Assembly (NCBI GenBank): GCA_964579175.1
Contig: CAZOFZ010000003.1
Coordinates: 1 to 38,586, forward strand
Origin: an uncultured Nitrospirota bacterium
Lineage (GTDB): Bacteria > Nitrospirota > Nitrospiria > SBBL01 > CAZOFZ01
DNA length: 38,586 bases
Reading direction: 5' to 3'
The notes under the pieces were generated by a model. That model was not told where the DNA came from and ran no database searches. It saw only the letters and a program-made list of their open reading frames with translations. This document shows positions 1 through 8,801 of this stretch, piece after piece (within the stretch, counting starts at the first letter, position 1; each line of letters begins with the position of its first letter). The position numbers and the translations under genes are program-made.

Positions 1-3
1 GCC

Positions 4-1170
4 CTAGAATTTATAAACGGCTTGTGCGGAGAGGGAGTGGGTGGTGCGGTCCGTGGCATTATCCTGGTATCGCGCCACGGCGTCCACGCGGAGGAAACTC
101 GTGTCCGCAATCCGCATCTGGGTGCGGAGGCTGACGGTCCACTGGTCAATATCCGCAGTGCTGTTGTCCAAAACCGCGGCGATTTCCGGTGTCATCGTGA
201 GATCGCGCGATTTTCCCAGCAGCATACCGGTTGCAAATCCAACTGCGTCAATGCCCGTATTGGCCAGTTGAATGGCGCCGGGGAGCTGATTGAACGCAAT
301 CCCCAGATTTTTGAGAGAACCGTTGGCCATGCTCCGATAATCCTGCATGCCGTAAAAGGCGTTCAGGTAGAGGCTGGGACGATCCAGAACCCGCGCGGGG
401 AAGGTGTAGGTATGTTCGACAATCCCCAGGCGTCCGGTCTGGCCCTCGATGCGATTGACAAAAAGCCGCAGGGAGGTGACGCGACGCTGCTCGAACCGGG
501 TCACCGAAAGCCCGCCGTGCCGCTCCCTTTTCGTGGCATCTTCCGAATCGTGCAGATATCCGAACGTCCCCTCGAACGTGTACAGGTGGGTGTCCAGCAC
601 CCCATCCAGGCCATAGAGCCCCACCTCCCGATCGGCGCGCCCCTCCAACTCGGACCGATCCTTTCCAGACGCCGTTGCGAAGGCCAGCAGACGCAGATTC
701 GGCACGCCTCCGAACCGAATGTTGTTTTTTGCGAAGAGCCCCCCCAGCACATCGTCATCCGCCAGATACAGATTGTGGAACAGCAGCGGAACCCGCCCAA
801 TGGCAAAATCAACCCCTGCAACCTGCGCTTCGATAAACGCCCGTTCCAGACGGTCCAGACTCAGGGCGCTGCGATCCAGCGAGTTAACCGCTTCCTCACG
901 GGCAAAGAGGGTGTTGTTCTTGATGGGGCGAAAGCGGGCATGGAACCGAAAGGTATCGGTCATCCGCAGTTCCGCCTCGAAGGTCAGGGTGCCGAGTAGG
1001 TGCAGGCGCCCCCCCTCGTTGCCGACCCCGAAGAGTTGCAGGTCCCCATGGAGCCCCAGAAATGTCTCATCCCGAAACGGACGCCAATCGGCGGCAAACT
1101 GTGTAGCGCCCAGGGGAACCAGCGACAGGGCCCACAGGGCAATCGCCCAGACCGCGATCCTTCGATTCAT
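4..1170 (-). CDS. outer-membrane beta-barrel (porin-like) protein, last gene of the cytochrome operon
   Basis: ORF 4..1206. The ATG at 1170 gives the signal peptide MNRRIAVWAIALWALSLVPLGA. The C-terminus ...AQAVYKF ends in Phe, an OMP signature. It lies 39 nt downstream of the pentahaem cytochrome gene on the same strand. Confidence 0.7.
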   Translation of the reverse strand: MNRRIAVWAIALWALSLVPLGATQFAADWRPFRDETFLGLHGDLQLFGVGNEGGRLHLLGTLTFEAELRMTDTFRFHARFRPIKNNTLFAREEAVNSLDRSALSLDRLERAFIEAQVAGVDFAIGRVPLLFHNLYLADDDVLGGLFAKNNIRFGGVPNLRLLAFATASGKDRSELEGRADREVGLYGLDGVLDTHLYTFEGTFGYLHDSEDATKRERHGGLSVTRFEQRRVTSLRLFVNRIEGQTGRLGIVEHTYTFPARVLDRPSLYLNAFYGMQDYRSMANGSLKNLGIAFNQLPGAIQLANTGIDAVGFATGMLLGKSRDLTMTPEIAAVLDNSTADIDQWTVSLRTQMRIADTSFLRVDAVARYQDNATDRTTHSLSAQAVYKF

Positions 1171-1209
1171 TATCCACGCCTTCCGATCAACGGTTGGACA
1201 CCGCACGCA

Positions 1210-2829
1210 TTACCTTCCGGACAGGGCGCCGATCGCAATCTGACCGGTCACCTCATCCACGGTATAGACGGGAATCTTTGCTTTCATCGTGGCGAGTAAT
1301 TCCGCCTTGTCGGGGTATTGTCGAATGAAGTAATCGAAATAGTAGGGGGGATAATTCCTGTAGAGCAACCGGAACTTATATTGGATCGGGCCGACCACCC
1401 GTTTCGGAAGCTGGAGGGGATAGGTAAATTCCCGGCTCTGACGGGCCGGAATGCCCCGCTTGACGATCCGGGCGTTTTCGGCGCCGTTGTAGACCGATTG
1501 GGGCGTCACGGAGGGGAAGACCGTGGGCGATGGGGCATCCTCTTCGGCCAACGGAAACGGGACTTCGATGTCGTTGCCCCGAAACCCGCGGATTGTAATT
1601 TGGGGAGAGAGGTTGACCAGGTGGTCATCCAACGGGGCCCGGCCCGTATTGACCGCATCGCTAAACCGGTTACGCACATCCTGATTGGCGTCCAGATCGC
1701 CCGATTTAAAAAAGACCTGGCCGTCGGCGTCGGTATAGGTGGCCTCCACCCATGCCTGCCGCCAGGGAAAACCGCTGGGAAAATGGTGGCCCGTATAGGT
1801 GTTCTCGATCCGTAGCGTGACCTGTCCTTCGCCGCCGGGGGAGAGGGACAGGGGCGCCGTCACATCCATCCGGGCTGCGTTACGCATTAATTTGGCACGC
1901 TGTTCGCTATATTCCTCTTGCAGCTTGAGGTTGCGTTTTCGGGTCCGCGCATCCGGTGCCGATCCCTCTTTGCCCCGCAGGGGGTAGTCATCGGTCCAGT
2001 GATAGTCCACCCCGATAAAGCGGTGGTCCGACTGCGGGCGCTGCGGCAACTGCATGTCGCCCACCTGCGCAATGGCCCCCACCGGTCGCTCGGAAGGACG
2101 CCCCGGAATTGGCCCCATGTGGCAGGACTGACAGGTCACCCCCTCCTCCGCCCAGGGGCTGGACGCCCACTCGCTGTAGGTCTCCTGGAGCCTCAGCCCA
2201 TTTGGCACGATGACTTCATGGCAGTGTCGGCACATCTCGGAAGATTTGAACAGATCCCGCTGCTCGGCCTGGTGAAAGTCCACCTGTGACAGGGGCGGGT
2301 CGCCCGGACGCCCGCTTCCCTGCGGCCCAAATGTCTTGGGGCCCGGACGAAGCGGGAAAAATGCCTGTACCTGGCCATGATCGGCGGAAATGGAGTGGCA
2401 GACATCGCAGGAGATGCCCGCCATGGAGATGGGACTTCGCTCCGCATTTAACAGGGCGTACGGTTCGCCCATTTCGGTGCCGATGGGGGTATGGCACCGG
2501 ATGCAGAAAGGGCCCGCCGTTCCGCCCGTCCGTTGCAGGAGAAACCGGTTGACCAGCTCGTTGGGGATACTGGCCTGGGCGTAGTGGTGCATGGAGCCCA
2601 GCCATTGCGTGTATTGCCTGCTGTGGCACCCCCCGCAGACCTTGGGGGAAACGAACGAGGCGCCTTTGACTTCCGGGGCGTCTGGGGCGTCCGCCGCCTC
2701 TGCCGTTTCCACCGCCCGCTCCGTCCCCGGCTGGGAGGCCGGCGGGGCCTGCGGGGTCATCTGTGGACGCGCACAGGCGCTGATGAGAACGATCGAAAGA
2801 ACGCTACCCAGTCTACGGTATCGCATCAT
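1210..2829 (-). CDS. pentahaem c-type cytochrome lipoprotein (cytochrome c554-like multihaem family)
   Basis: 539 aa. N-terminus MMRYRRLGSVLSIVLISAC is a lipoprotein signal with lipobox L-I-S-A-C. Five CXXCH motifs (CGGCH, CIRCH, CDVCH, CRHCH, CQSCH) lie within residues ~65-240. The context VCGGCHSRQYTQWLGSMHHYA resembles c554-type domains. A ~300-aa haem-free C-terminal domain follows. Confidence 0.85.
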   Translation of the reverse strand: MMRYRRLGSVLSIVLISACARPQMTPQAPPASQPGTERAVETAEAADAPDAPEVKGASFVSPKVCGGCHSRQYTQWLGSMHHYAQASIPNELVNRFLLQRTGGTAGPFCIRCHTPIGTEMGEPYALLNAERSPISMAGISCDVCHSISADHGQVQAFFPLRPGPKTFGPQGSGRPGDPPLSQVDFHQAEQRDLFKSSEMCRHCHEVIVPNGLRLQETYSEWASSPWAEEGVTCQSCHMGPIPGRPSERPVGAIAQVGDMQLPQRPQSDHRFIGVDYHWTDDYPLRGKEGSAPDARTRKRNLKLQEEYSEQRAKLMRNAARMDVTAPLSLSPGGEGQVTLRIENTYTGHHFPSGFPWRQAWVEATYTDADGQVFFKSGDLDANQDVRNRFSDAVNTGRAPLDDHLVNLSPQITIRGFRGNDIEVPFPLAEEDAPSPTVFPSVTPQSVYNGAENARIVKRGIPARQSREFTYPLQLPKRVVGPIQYKFRLLYRNYPPYYFDYFIRQYPDKAELLATMKAKIPVYTVDEVTGQIAIGALSGR

Positions 2830-2841
2830 GGCTCACAGGAC

Positions 2842-3435
2842 TCACCCCGGAGGGGCGGTTTTGTCCTTCCAATGTTTGATCTTCTTCATCCCTTCGTCAA
2901 AGGCCATCTTGTTCGGTTCGGCATGCCCGCTCCCCTTGAGTTTGTCGTAGCGTTCGTTGGGGCCGTGGCATTGGGCGCAGTTCTCTTTCTGCTGCTGCAC
3001 CGTTTTCAAGGGACGGAGTCCCAGGGCCACGATCTGTTCGTAGACCCGCTCCTTTTTCTTGTGGGGCTCCAGATATTCGCTGCCGGCCCCGTGACAGGCC
3101 TCGCACTGCACCCCTTCGCTCGCGTCGAACGTCTCGTCGAGTCGTTCGTCACTGACACCGAAGGCGGTGCTGTGACAGGAGAGGCAAAGCTCCGATTCGG
3201 CAGGCTTGTCTATGGCGAGCTTGGCGGCATACTCCTTCCCCTTTTTGCCATCCAGGTTCGTGATGGCCTTGGAATGGTCGGATTCGTCCCAGGGGCCCTT
3301 CTGGTTGCCCAGCTTTACAGAACCGTGGCAACCACTGGAAGCGCACTTGCCAACGCCCAGGTAGGTGGCCTCCCCAGCCTGAACGACGCCACTCAACCCC
3401 AGCAGAAATGTCATGGACAGAATGATTCGAAGCAT
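2842..3435 (-). CDS. periplasmic tetrahaem c-type cytochrome (one CX4CH plus three CXXCH sites)
   Basis: 197 aa. Signal peptide MLRIILSMTFLLGLSGVVQA. Haem motifs are CASSGCH, CLSCH, CEACH and CAQCH. An AAGGAGG RBS sits 7 nt upstream of the ATG at 3435. There is a 12-nt gap to the next gene. Confidence 0.85.
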   Translation of the reverse strand: MLRIILSMTFLLGLSGVVQAGEATYLGVGKCASSGCHGSVKLGNQKGPWDESDHSKAITNLDGKKGKEYAAKLAIDKPAESELCLSCHSTAFGVSDERLDETFDASEGVQCEACHGAGSEYLEPHKKKERVYEQIVALGLRPLKTVQQQKENCAQCHGPNERYDKLKGSGHAEPNKMAFDEGMKKIKHWKDKTAPPG

Positions 3436-3686
3436 GGGCGTCCTCCTTCAATGTAATCAGCGCCGCTACAATCTGCGGAGATCCTCCGCACACTCTCGTC
3501 GCGCGTCTTCTATCACGTATTCTGGATCGGATGCAACAGAGGGACGACCCCAGGAATTTCGCAAGAATTGGATGGATGTGTGCGGGGACTTTATTCCATC
3601 TTGATCCATGAGATATGATGCCCCCTGCACAGCGGATAAACGATTGACACCGACTTTGTTTTGAAAGGGAGGGATTCCGTCTTCTT

Positions 3687-5699
3687 ATGGTAAACGAATT
3701 CGGACATTTTGCCGTGGTGACGGCCCTGGTGCTGTCCATTGTGGGAATCGTCGCCCCGATTTTGGGTCTTCGTCTGAAGGCGCCCGTCTGGACGGCGGTG
3801 GCCCGCCAGGCCGTGACGGCCAACTTTGTCCTTCTCTCGATCGGCGTCGGGTGCATGATTTACTCCTATCTGACGCAGGACTATTCGGTGAAGTACGTCT
3901 TCTCCACCTCCAACAGCCGGCTGCCGATCTTCTACAAAATCGCGGGGCTTTGGGGGGGACATGAGGGGTCGCTGCTCCTCTGGGTCTGGATTCTGTCGCT
4001 CTACTGTATGTTGGCGGCCTGGATTCACTGGAAAACCCAGCCGATCGCGATGCCCTATCTGCTGATGACCCAGTCCATCGTGCAATGCGGATTTCTCCTG
4101 CTGATTCTCTTCCTGTCCAACCCCTTCGAACGGATGTTCCCCGTGCCCGCAGACGGCAAAGACTTAAATCCCCTGCTGCAAGACCCGGCGATGGTCGTCC
4201 ATCCGCCGATGCTCTATCTGGGTTACGTCGGCCTCTCGATCCCCTACGCCTTTGCGATGGCGGCGCTCTTTTCGGGCCGGCTTGGCGAGGAGTGGGTGAA
4301 AGTGACGCAGCGGTGGACGCTGGTGGCCTGGATGTGCCTCACCACCGGCATCCTGATGGGCGGTTACTGGGCCTATTACGAACTGGGCTGGGGGGGCTAC
4401 TGGGGCTGGGACCCGGTGGAGAACGCGTCGTTCATGCCGTGGCTGGCCGCGACGGCGTTTCTGCACTCGGTGATGGTGCAGGAGACACGCAAGATGTTCA
4501 AGGTCTGGAACCTGTTCCTGATCATTCTGGCCTTCTCGCTTTCGCTGATCGGCACGTTTCTGGTGCGCAGCGGCATCCTCTCCTCCGTCCACACCTTCGC
4601 CACCGATCCGGGCCGCGGCGTCTTCATCCTGGCGTTCCTGTCGTTCATGCTGCTGCTGTCGTTTGGCGCGCTCATCCTCCGTTCCTCCAAACTCAAAAGC
4701 CGCATCGAGATGGAATCGGTCGTCTCGCGCGAGGCGGTTTTTTTGTACAACAACCTCTTCTTTTTAGTGGCCCTTGTCACGGTCTTTATCGGCACGCTCT
4801 ACCCGCTGCTGATGGAGGCGCTCAAGTTTCAGAAGGTCTCGGTCGGCCCGCCGTATTACAACACCGTCTTCATGCCGGTGGCGCTGGGTCTGATCTTTCT
4901 GATGGGGATCGGGCCGTATATCCCGTGGCGCAAGGCGTCGCTTCCCAGCCTCAAGGCGCTTTTTCTGAAACCCACGCTCGTTGCAACCGGCGCCTTCGGG
5001 TTCTTTGTCGTGGGCGGCATCCGGGACGCCTACGCCCTGGCGGGCCTCTGGGTGGTGGTTTTCGTGGCCACCGCGATCGTGCTCGATTTCAACCAGATCG
5101 CCACGTTCTGGGCCGGGCATGACGGGATCAACCGCGCGAAGGGACTGCTGGTGGCCTATCGGAAGAATCCCAGGCGGATCGCTGGCATTGTGACCCACAT
5201 CGGCGTGCTGGTGACGGTGACGGGGATCATTTTCTCGACGATTTATCAGACCGAGGTGATGGTGCCGATGAAACCGGGCGAGACGATTCCACTGGGGGCA
5301 TACCGTCTCAAACTGCTGCAACTCTATCCCGCACAGGGGCCGAACTGGACGGCGCAGGAGGGGCTGTTCAACGTCTACAAGGAGGACCGCCTGATTGCAC
5401 AACTCTACCCACAAAAGCGGTTCTACACCGTTTCGCAGACGCCGACCACCGAGACGGCTATTCATCAAGTGAATATGGGGCATCTCTTCGTGACGATGCC
5501 GGAGGTGGCCCCCGACGGCAGTTGGGCACGCGTGCGGGCGCTGCACAACCCGCTCGTCCTCTGGGTCTGGTACGGCGGCGGCATCATGGGCCTGGGCGTG
5601 CTACTCAACATCTTCCGCAAGACGCGCCGGACGACCGCCCCCGCCACAAGTCCTGTTTTCACTCCGCTTTCCACCCCCACGCCCGACGCCCCCAGTTAG
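3687..5699 (+). CDS. ccmF: cytochrome c-type biogenesis haem lyase, CcmF/NrfE family
   Basis: 670 aa polytopic membrane protein. WWD haem-handling motif WGGYWGWDPVENASFMPWL. The segment YVFSTSNSRLPIFYKIAGLWGGHEGSLLLW matches the CcmF N-terminal region recalled from E. coli. A GGGAGGG sequence lies upstream of the ATG. No ccmE, ccmH or ccmABCD is adjacent. Confidence 0.9.
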   Translation: MVNEFGHFAVVTALVLSIVGIVAPILGLRLKAPVWTAVARQAVTANFVLLSIGVGCMIYSYLTQDYSVKYVFSTSNSRLPIFYKIAGLWGGHEGSLLLWVWILSLYCMLAAWIHWKTQPIAMPYLLMTQSIVQCGFLLLILFLSNPFERMFPVPADGKDLNPLLQDPAMVVHPPMLYLGYVGLSIPYAFAMAALFSGRLGEEWVKVTQRWTLVAWMCLTTGILMGGYWAYYELGWGGYWGWDPVENASFMPWLAATAFLHSVMVQETRKMFKVWNLFLIILAFSLSLIGTFLVRSGILSSVHTFATDPGRGVFILAFLSFMLLLSFGALILRSSKLKSRIEMESVVSREAVFLYNNLFFLVALVTVFIGTLYPLLMEALKFQKVSVGPPYYNTVFMPVALGLIFLMGIGPYIPWRKASLPSLKALFLKPTLVATGAFGFFVVGGIRDAYALAGLWVVVFVATAIVLDFNQIATFWAGHDGINRAKGLLVAYRKNPRRIAGIVTHIGVLVTVTGIIFSTIYQTEVMVPMKPGETIPLGAYRLKLLQLYPAQGPNWTAQEGLFNVYKEDRLIAQLYPQKRFYTVSQTPTTETAIHQVNMGHLFVTMPEVAPDGSWARVRALHNPLVLWVWYGGGIMGLGVLLNIFRKTRRTTAPATSPVFTPLSTPTPDAPS

Positions 5700-5787
5700 A
5701 TGCACCCTTGACAACCGATCAACAGTACGGCGCAGTTCAAGCGTGCGTGGCGTGCACGCATCCGGCTAATAACTGGATGACGCGCCC

Positions 5788-7140
5788 CTACAACGGCTCG
5801 ATCTCGTACTCCTTGATTTTGTTCAGGAGCGTTTTGTAGCTGACTTTCAGCCGTTCGGCGGCGCGGGACTTGTTCCCGCCCGCTTCCCGCAGCACCTTCC
5901 GGATCATGCCAGACTCCACCCGTCGCACGGCGGCCTCGCTGGCCTGCTGAAGCCCCCCTTCCGTCGGGACATCGCTCTCCTCCCGCCGACGCTCGCGCAA
6001 ACCCAGGTGCGCGGGGAGAATCTCGCTCCCTTCGCTTAGAATCATCGCCCGTTCGATGCAGTTTTGCAGCTCCCGCACGTTCCCCGTCCAGGGATGGCGC
6101 ATCAGGATCGCAAGGGCCTGTTCCGAAACCGTCTTGGGTGCCTTCTTCATCTCCTTGGCGTAATAGGCGACAAAGTGCTCCACCAGCGCCGGAATGTCCT
6201 CGGCGCGTTCCCGCAGCGGGGGGACCGTGATCGGAAAGACATTCAGCCGGAAATAGAGGTCCTCCCGGAAGGTCTTCTGCGCAATGGCCTGGAGCAGATT
6301 CCGGTTCGTGGCTGCCACCACGCGAACGTCCACCGTGACGTTGACGGTGCCGCCCACGCGCATGATTTTCCCCTCCTCCAGGACACGCAGCAGCTTGGCC
6401 TGAAGTGCAGGCTCCATGTCGCCGATCTCATCCAGGAAAAGGGTCCCCTGATCGGCCAGCTCGAACTTTCCGGTCCGTTTTTCGACGGCGCCGGTAAAGG
6501 CCCCCCGTTCATGACCGAAGAGCTCGGACTCCAAAAGGTCGCGTGGGATGGCCGCGCAATTGATCGCCACAAAGGCCGAATCCCGCCGCGGGCCGAGCTG
6601 GTGCGTCGCCCGCGCAAACAATTCCTTCCCCGTTCCGCTTTCGCCATAGAGCAGCACGGTCGTTTTCCCCGCAGCCACCTTGCGCATCTGTTCCACCGCG
6701 TGCAACATCGCCGGCGCCCGGCCGATGAGATTCGGAAGCCTGCGGTCCTCCCGAAAGATGGCGTTCTCGATCATCAGCCGCTGCTGCCGCAGCGCCGCCT
6801 CGATCCGCAACAGCAGGTGGTCCGGCTCGAACGGTTTTGTAATGAAATCGTAGGCGCCCTCCTTGACCGCCTTCACCGCCGTCTCGATGTTGCCGTAGGC
6901 CGTCATCAGGATCACCGGAATGGAGGCCCGATAGGCCTTCGTGGCCTGCAGGACTTCCAGGCCGTCTCCGTGCGGCAGCCTCATGTCGCTCACCACCAGG
7001 CCGATCTCGCCGGTGCGCACCCGTTCGATTCCCTGACGTCCATCCGGCGCGCAAACGACACGATAACCGGCCTCCGTCAAGGCCTGTGTCAGCATCTCGG
7101 CCAGTTGACTTCGGTCTTCGACGATCAGAATCGTCTCCAT
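5788..7140 (-). CDS. sigma-54-dependent response regulator (NtrC family enhancer-binding protein)
   Basis: The ATG at 7140 (METILIVEDR...) is preceded by GGGGGAGG. It has a receiver domain, an AAA+ domain with GESGTGKE and the GAFTGA loop, and a C-terminal Fis-type HTH (SRAAERLKVSYKTLLNKIKEY). The 41-codon upstream extension to 7263 is not protein-like. Confidence 0.9.
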   Translation of the reverse strand: METILIVEDRSQLAEMLTQALTEAGYRVVCAPDGRQGIERVRTGEIGLVVSDMRLPHGDGLEVLQATKAYRASIPVILMTAYGNIETAVKAVKEGAYDFITKPFEPDHLLLRIEAALRQQRLMIENAIFREDRRLPNLIGRAPAMLHAVEQMRKVAAGKTTVLLYGESGTGKELFARATHQLGPRRDSAFVAINCAAIPRDLLESELFGHERGAFTGAVEKRTGKFELADQGTLFLDEIGDMEPALQAKLLRVLEEGKIMRVGGTVNVTVDVRVVAATNRNLLQAIAQKTFREDLYFRLNVFPITVPPLRERAEDIPALVEHFVAYYAKEMKKAPKTVSEQALAILMRHPWTGNVRELQNCIERAMILSEGSEILPAHLGLRERRREESDVPTEGGLQQASEAAVRRVESGMIRKVLREAGGNKSRAAERLKVSYKTLLNKIKEYEIEPL

Positions 7141-7156
7141 CTTGCCTCCCCCGCTT

Positions 7157-8527
7157 TCAGGATGCCGCCGGACATGGCGGCAAAATCGGAAGCGCCACGG
7201 TAAAAATCGCGCCTTCCCCTTCCGGACTCGAAACCGATATCTGGCCGTTGTGCGCCAGGACAATTTTGTGCACCAGGGCCAGCCCCAGCCCGGTCCCCTT
7301 CTCCTTGGTCGTAAAAAAGGGCAGAAACAGTTGTGGGATCCGCGCGGCGGGAATCCCGGGGCCCGTGTCGGCGATGCGGATTTGGACCACCCCTTCAGGG
7401 TGTCGCGTCATGACGATCCGAATCTCCCCCGCCCCCTCCATCGCCTCCACGGCGTTTTGAATGAGGTTGGAAAATGCCTGCCGGATGAGCACCGGATCGA
7501 GGAGGGCCTCCGTTGCCTCCAGGGAGAGATGAAAGCGGATCGAGGGGGTCGAGAACTGATCCGCAAGCTGGCGCAACAAGGTGTCCAGCGCAACCGGATC
7601 GGCGTGGATCACGCTGGTCTTGGCATAGTCCAGAAGCTGCGTAATCAACCGCTCCATAGCCAGGATTTCCCGGTGAATGGCCGTCGCCATGCCATGCCGG
7701 GGATCCTCCGGCGGCGTCTTTTTCGCAAGGAGACTTCCGAACCCCAGAATCGTGCTCATATAGTTTCGAAATTCGTGCGCCACCCAGGCCGACATCTCCC
7801 CCATCAGGGCCAGCCGCCGTTTGAGTTCGATCTGCTCCTGAAGATGCTTGATCTCGGTCAGGTCGCTCAACACGATCGTGGCCCCGATCTCCTCCCCCGC
7901 CCCGTTTCGCAACACCGAACTGTTCATGCCAATCCAGATCGCGGTGCCGTCCGGCCGTCGTACCTGATATTCCATCCGGCGCTGTTCACGCGTTCCAATC
8001 CGATCCAGAATGGCGGTGAGGTCGTCTCCCACGACGGACGCATACGGCTTTCCCAGCACCGCCGCGGATGGAAGATTGAGGATGCCGCTTGCGGCGGCAT
8101 TGAAAGTGGTGATTCGCCGCTGCAGGTCGAGCGTGATGACGCCGCTGGTCACGCTTTGCAGGATATTTTCGTTGTAACTCTCGATGCTTTTTCCCCGATC
8201 CTCCGCGTCCCGTTTGAGGCGTTCCAGGGCCTGCTCTTTTGCCTTCAGCTGCAGAATGAGTGTCCGAAACGTGTCCACGACAGCGCCCGTGGCATTCCGC
8301 ACTTCCTGGCCGTGGGCCCTGTCACGCAGGCGCGCCAGCGTGGCACGCGCGAGGAGATATCCGATGGCGCAGAGTCCCGCAACCAGCGTGGCTTTCGACA
8401 TCAGGACAAAAAGGCGTAAGGGGCCTTCCTGTCCCCGACGCGCCAGGATCATCCCCAGCGCCGCAAAAGCCAGGGTCAGTCCCCCGATGGAGGCGAGCCC
8501 TATTTTCCAAATCCTGGAGGGGGACAT
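7157..8527 (-). CDS. PAS-domain sensor histidine kinase
   Basis: The ATG at 8527 gives MSPSRIWKIGLASIGGLTLAFAALGMILA. There are two N-terminal TM helices and a PAS-like region. Kinase motifs include the H-box HEFRNYMSTILGF and the N/G boxes NLIQNAVEAM, DTGPGI and GTGLGLA. It ends 16 nt upstream of the response regulator. Confidence 0.88.
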   Translation of the reverse strand: MSPSRIWKIGLASIGGLTLAFAALGMILARRGQEGPLRLFVLMSKATLVAGLCAIGYLLARATLARLRDRAHGQEVRNATGAVVDTFRTLILQLKAKEQALERLKRDAEDRGKSIESYNENILQSVTSGVITLDLQRRITTFNAAASGILNLPSAAVLGKPYASVVGDDLTAILDRIGTREQRRMEYQVRRPDGTAIWIGMNSSVLRNGAGEEIGATIVLSDLTEIKHLQEQIELKRRLALMGEMSAWVAHEFRNYMSTILGFGSLLAKKTPPEDPRHGMATAIHREILAMERLITQLLDYAKTSVIHADPVALDTLLRQLADQFSTPSIRFHLSLEATEALLDPVLIRQAFSNLIQNAVEAMEGAGEIRIVMTRHPEGVVQIRIADTGPGIPAARIPQLFLPFFTTKEKGTGLGLALVHKIVLAHNGQISVSSPEGEGAIFTVALPILPPCPAAS

Positions 8528-8716
8528 GGCGGCAAACAAGGGACCAGGGAAAGGGATGGAAAACGCTCGGCTCCCAATATACAGGTACGACCGATGACCA
8601 TTCAAGAACCGCAACGCAGCGTCAGCCCGAACGGCGGAAGCGGCACCCGGACGAACCGATTCTGCCGTGACGGCGCGCGGGACACAACCCGGATGAAGCG
8701 CCCCGGCCAACAAACA

Positions 8717-8745
8717 TTGCGACCAGGGCCCGCCTCGTGTATAGT
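8717..8745 (+). promoter_or_regulatory. candidate sigma-70 promoter upstream of mntA
   Basis: TTGCGA (8717-8722), a 17-nt spacer, then TATAGT (8740-8745) with TG immediately upstream. It lies ~57 nt upstream of the TTG start at 8802. Motif match only. Confidence 0.3.
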
Positions 8746-8801
8746 ACGCGCAACCCAAATTTCACACAAATGCCCATTGAAAATCCCAGCGTCTGCCCGT
8801 T

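Noticed and set aside
22-999. 325-aa plus-strand ORF overlapping the beta-barrel gene
   Set aside because: It is antisense to a gene with clear signal-peptide and OMP features. Its Arg/Gly/Pro-rich composition is typical of shadow ORFs in high-GC DNA.
4085-5546. ORFs 4085..5122 (+, out of frame) and 4764..5546 (-) inside ccmF
   Set aside because: CcmF is unambiguous, with a WWD motif and TM pattern. The overlapping ORFs are Arg/Pro/Gly-rich frame shadows.
7141-7263. Upstream extensions of track ORFs (7263 for the regulator, 8758 for the kinase, 9209 for wzx, 17176 for asnB, 1206 for the barrel, 38573 for bolA)
   Set aside because: The extensions are not protein-like and lack an RBS, or they read through other features such as the hepT remnant. 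For asnB the catalytic Cys must be residue 2, which fixes the start at 17299.
6064-8419. Long plus-strand ORFs (6064..7203, 7142..8419) opposite the response regulator and kinase
   Set aside because: They are antisense to genes with complete domain signatures. They have no motifs of their own and their composition is typical of shadow ORFs.
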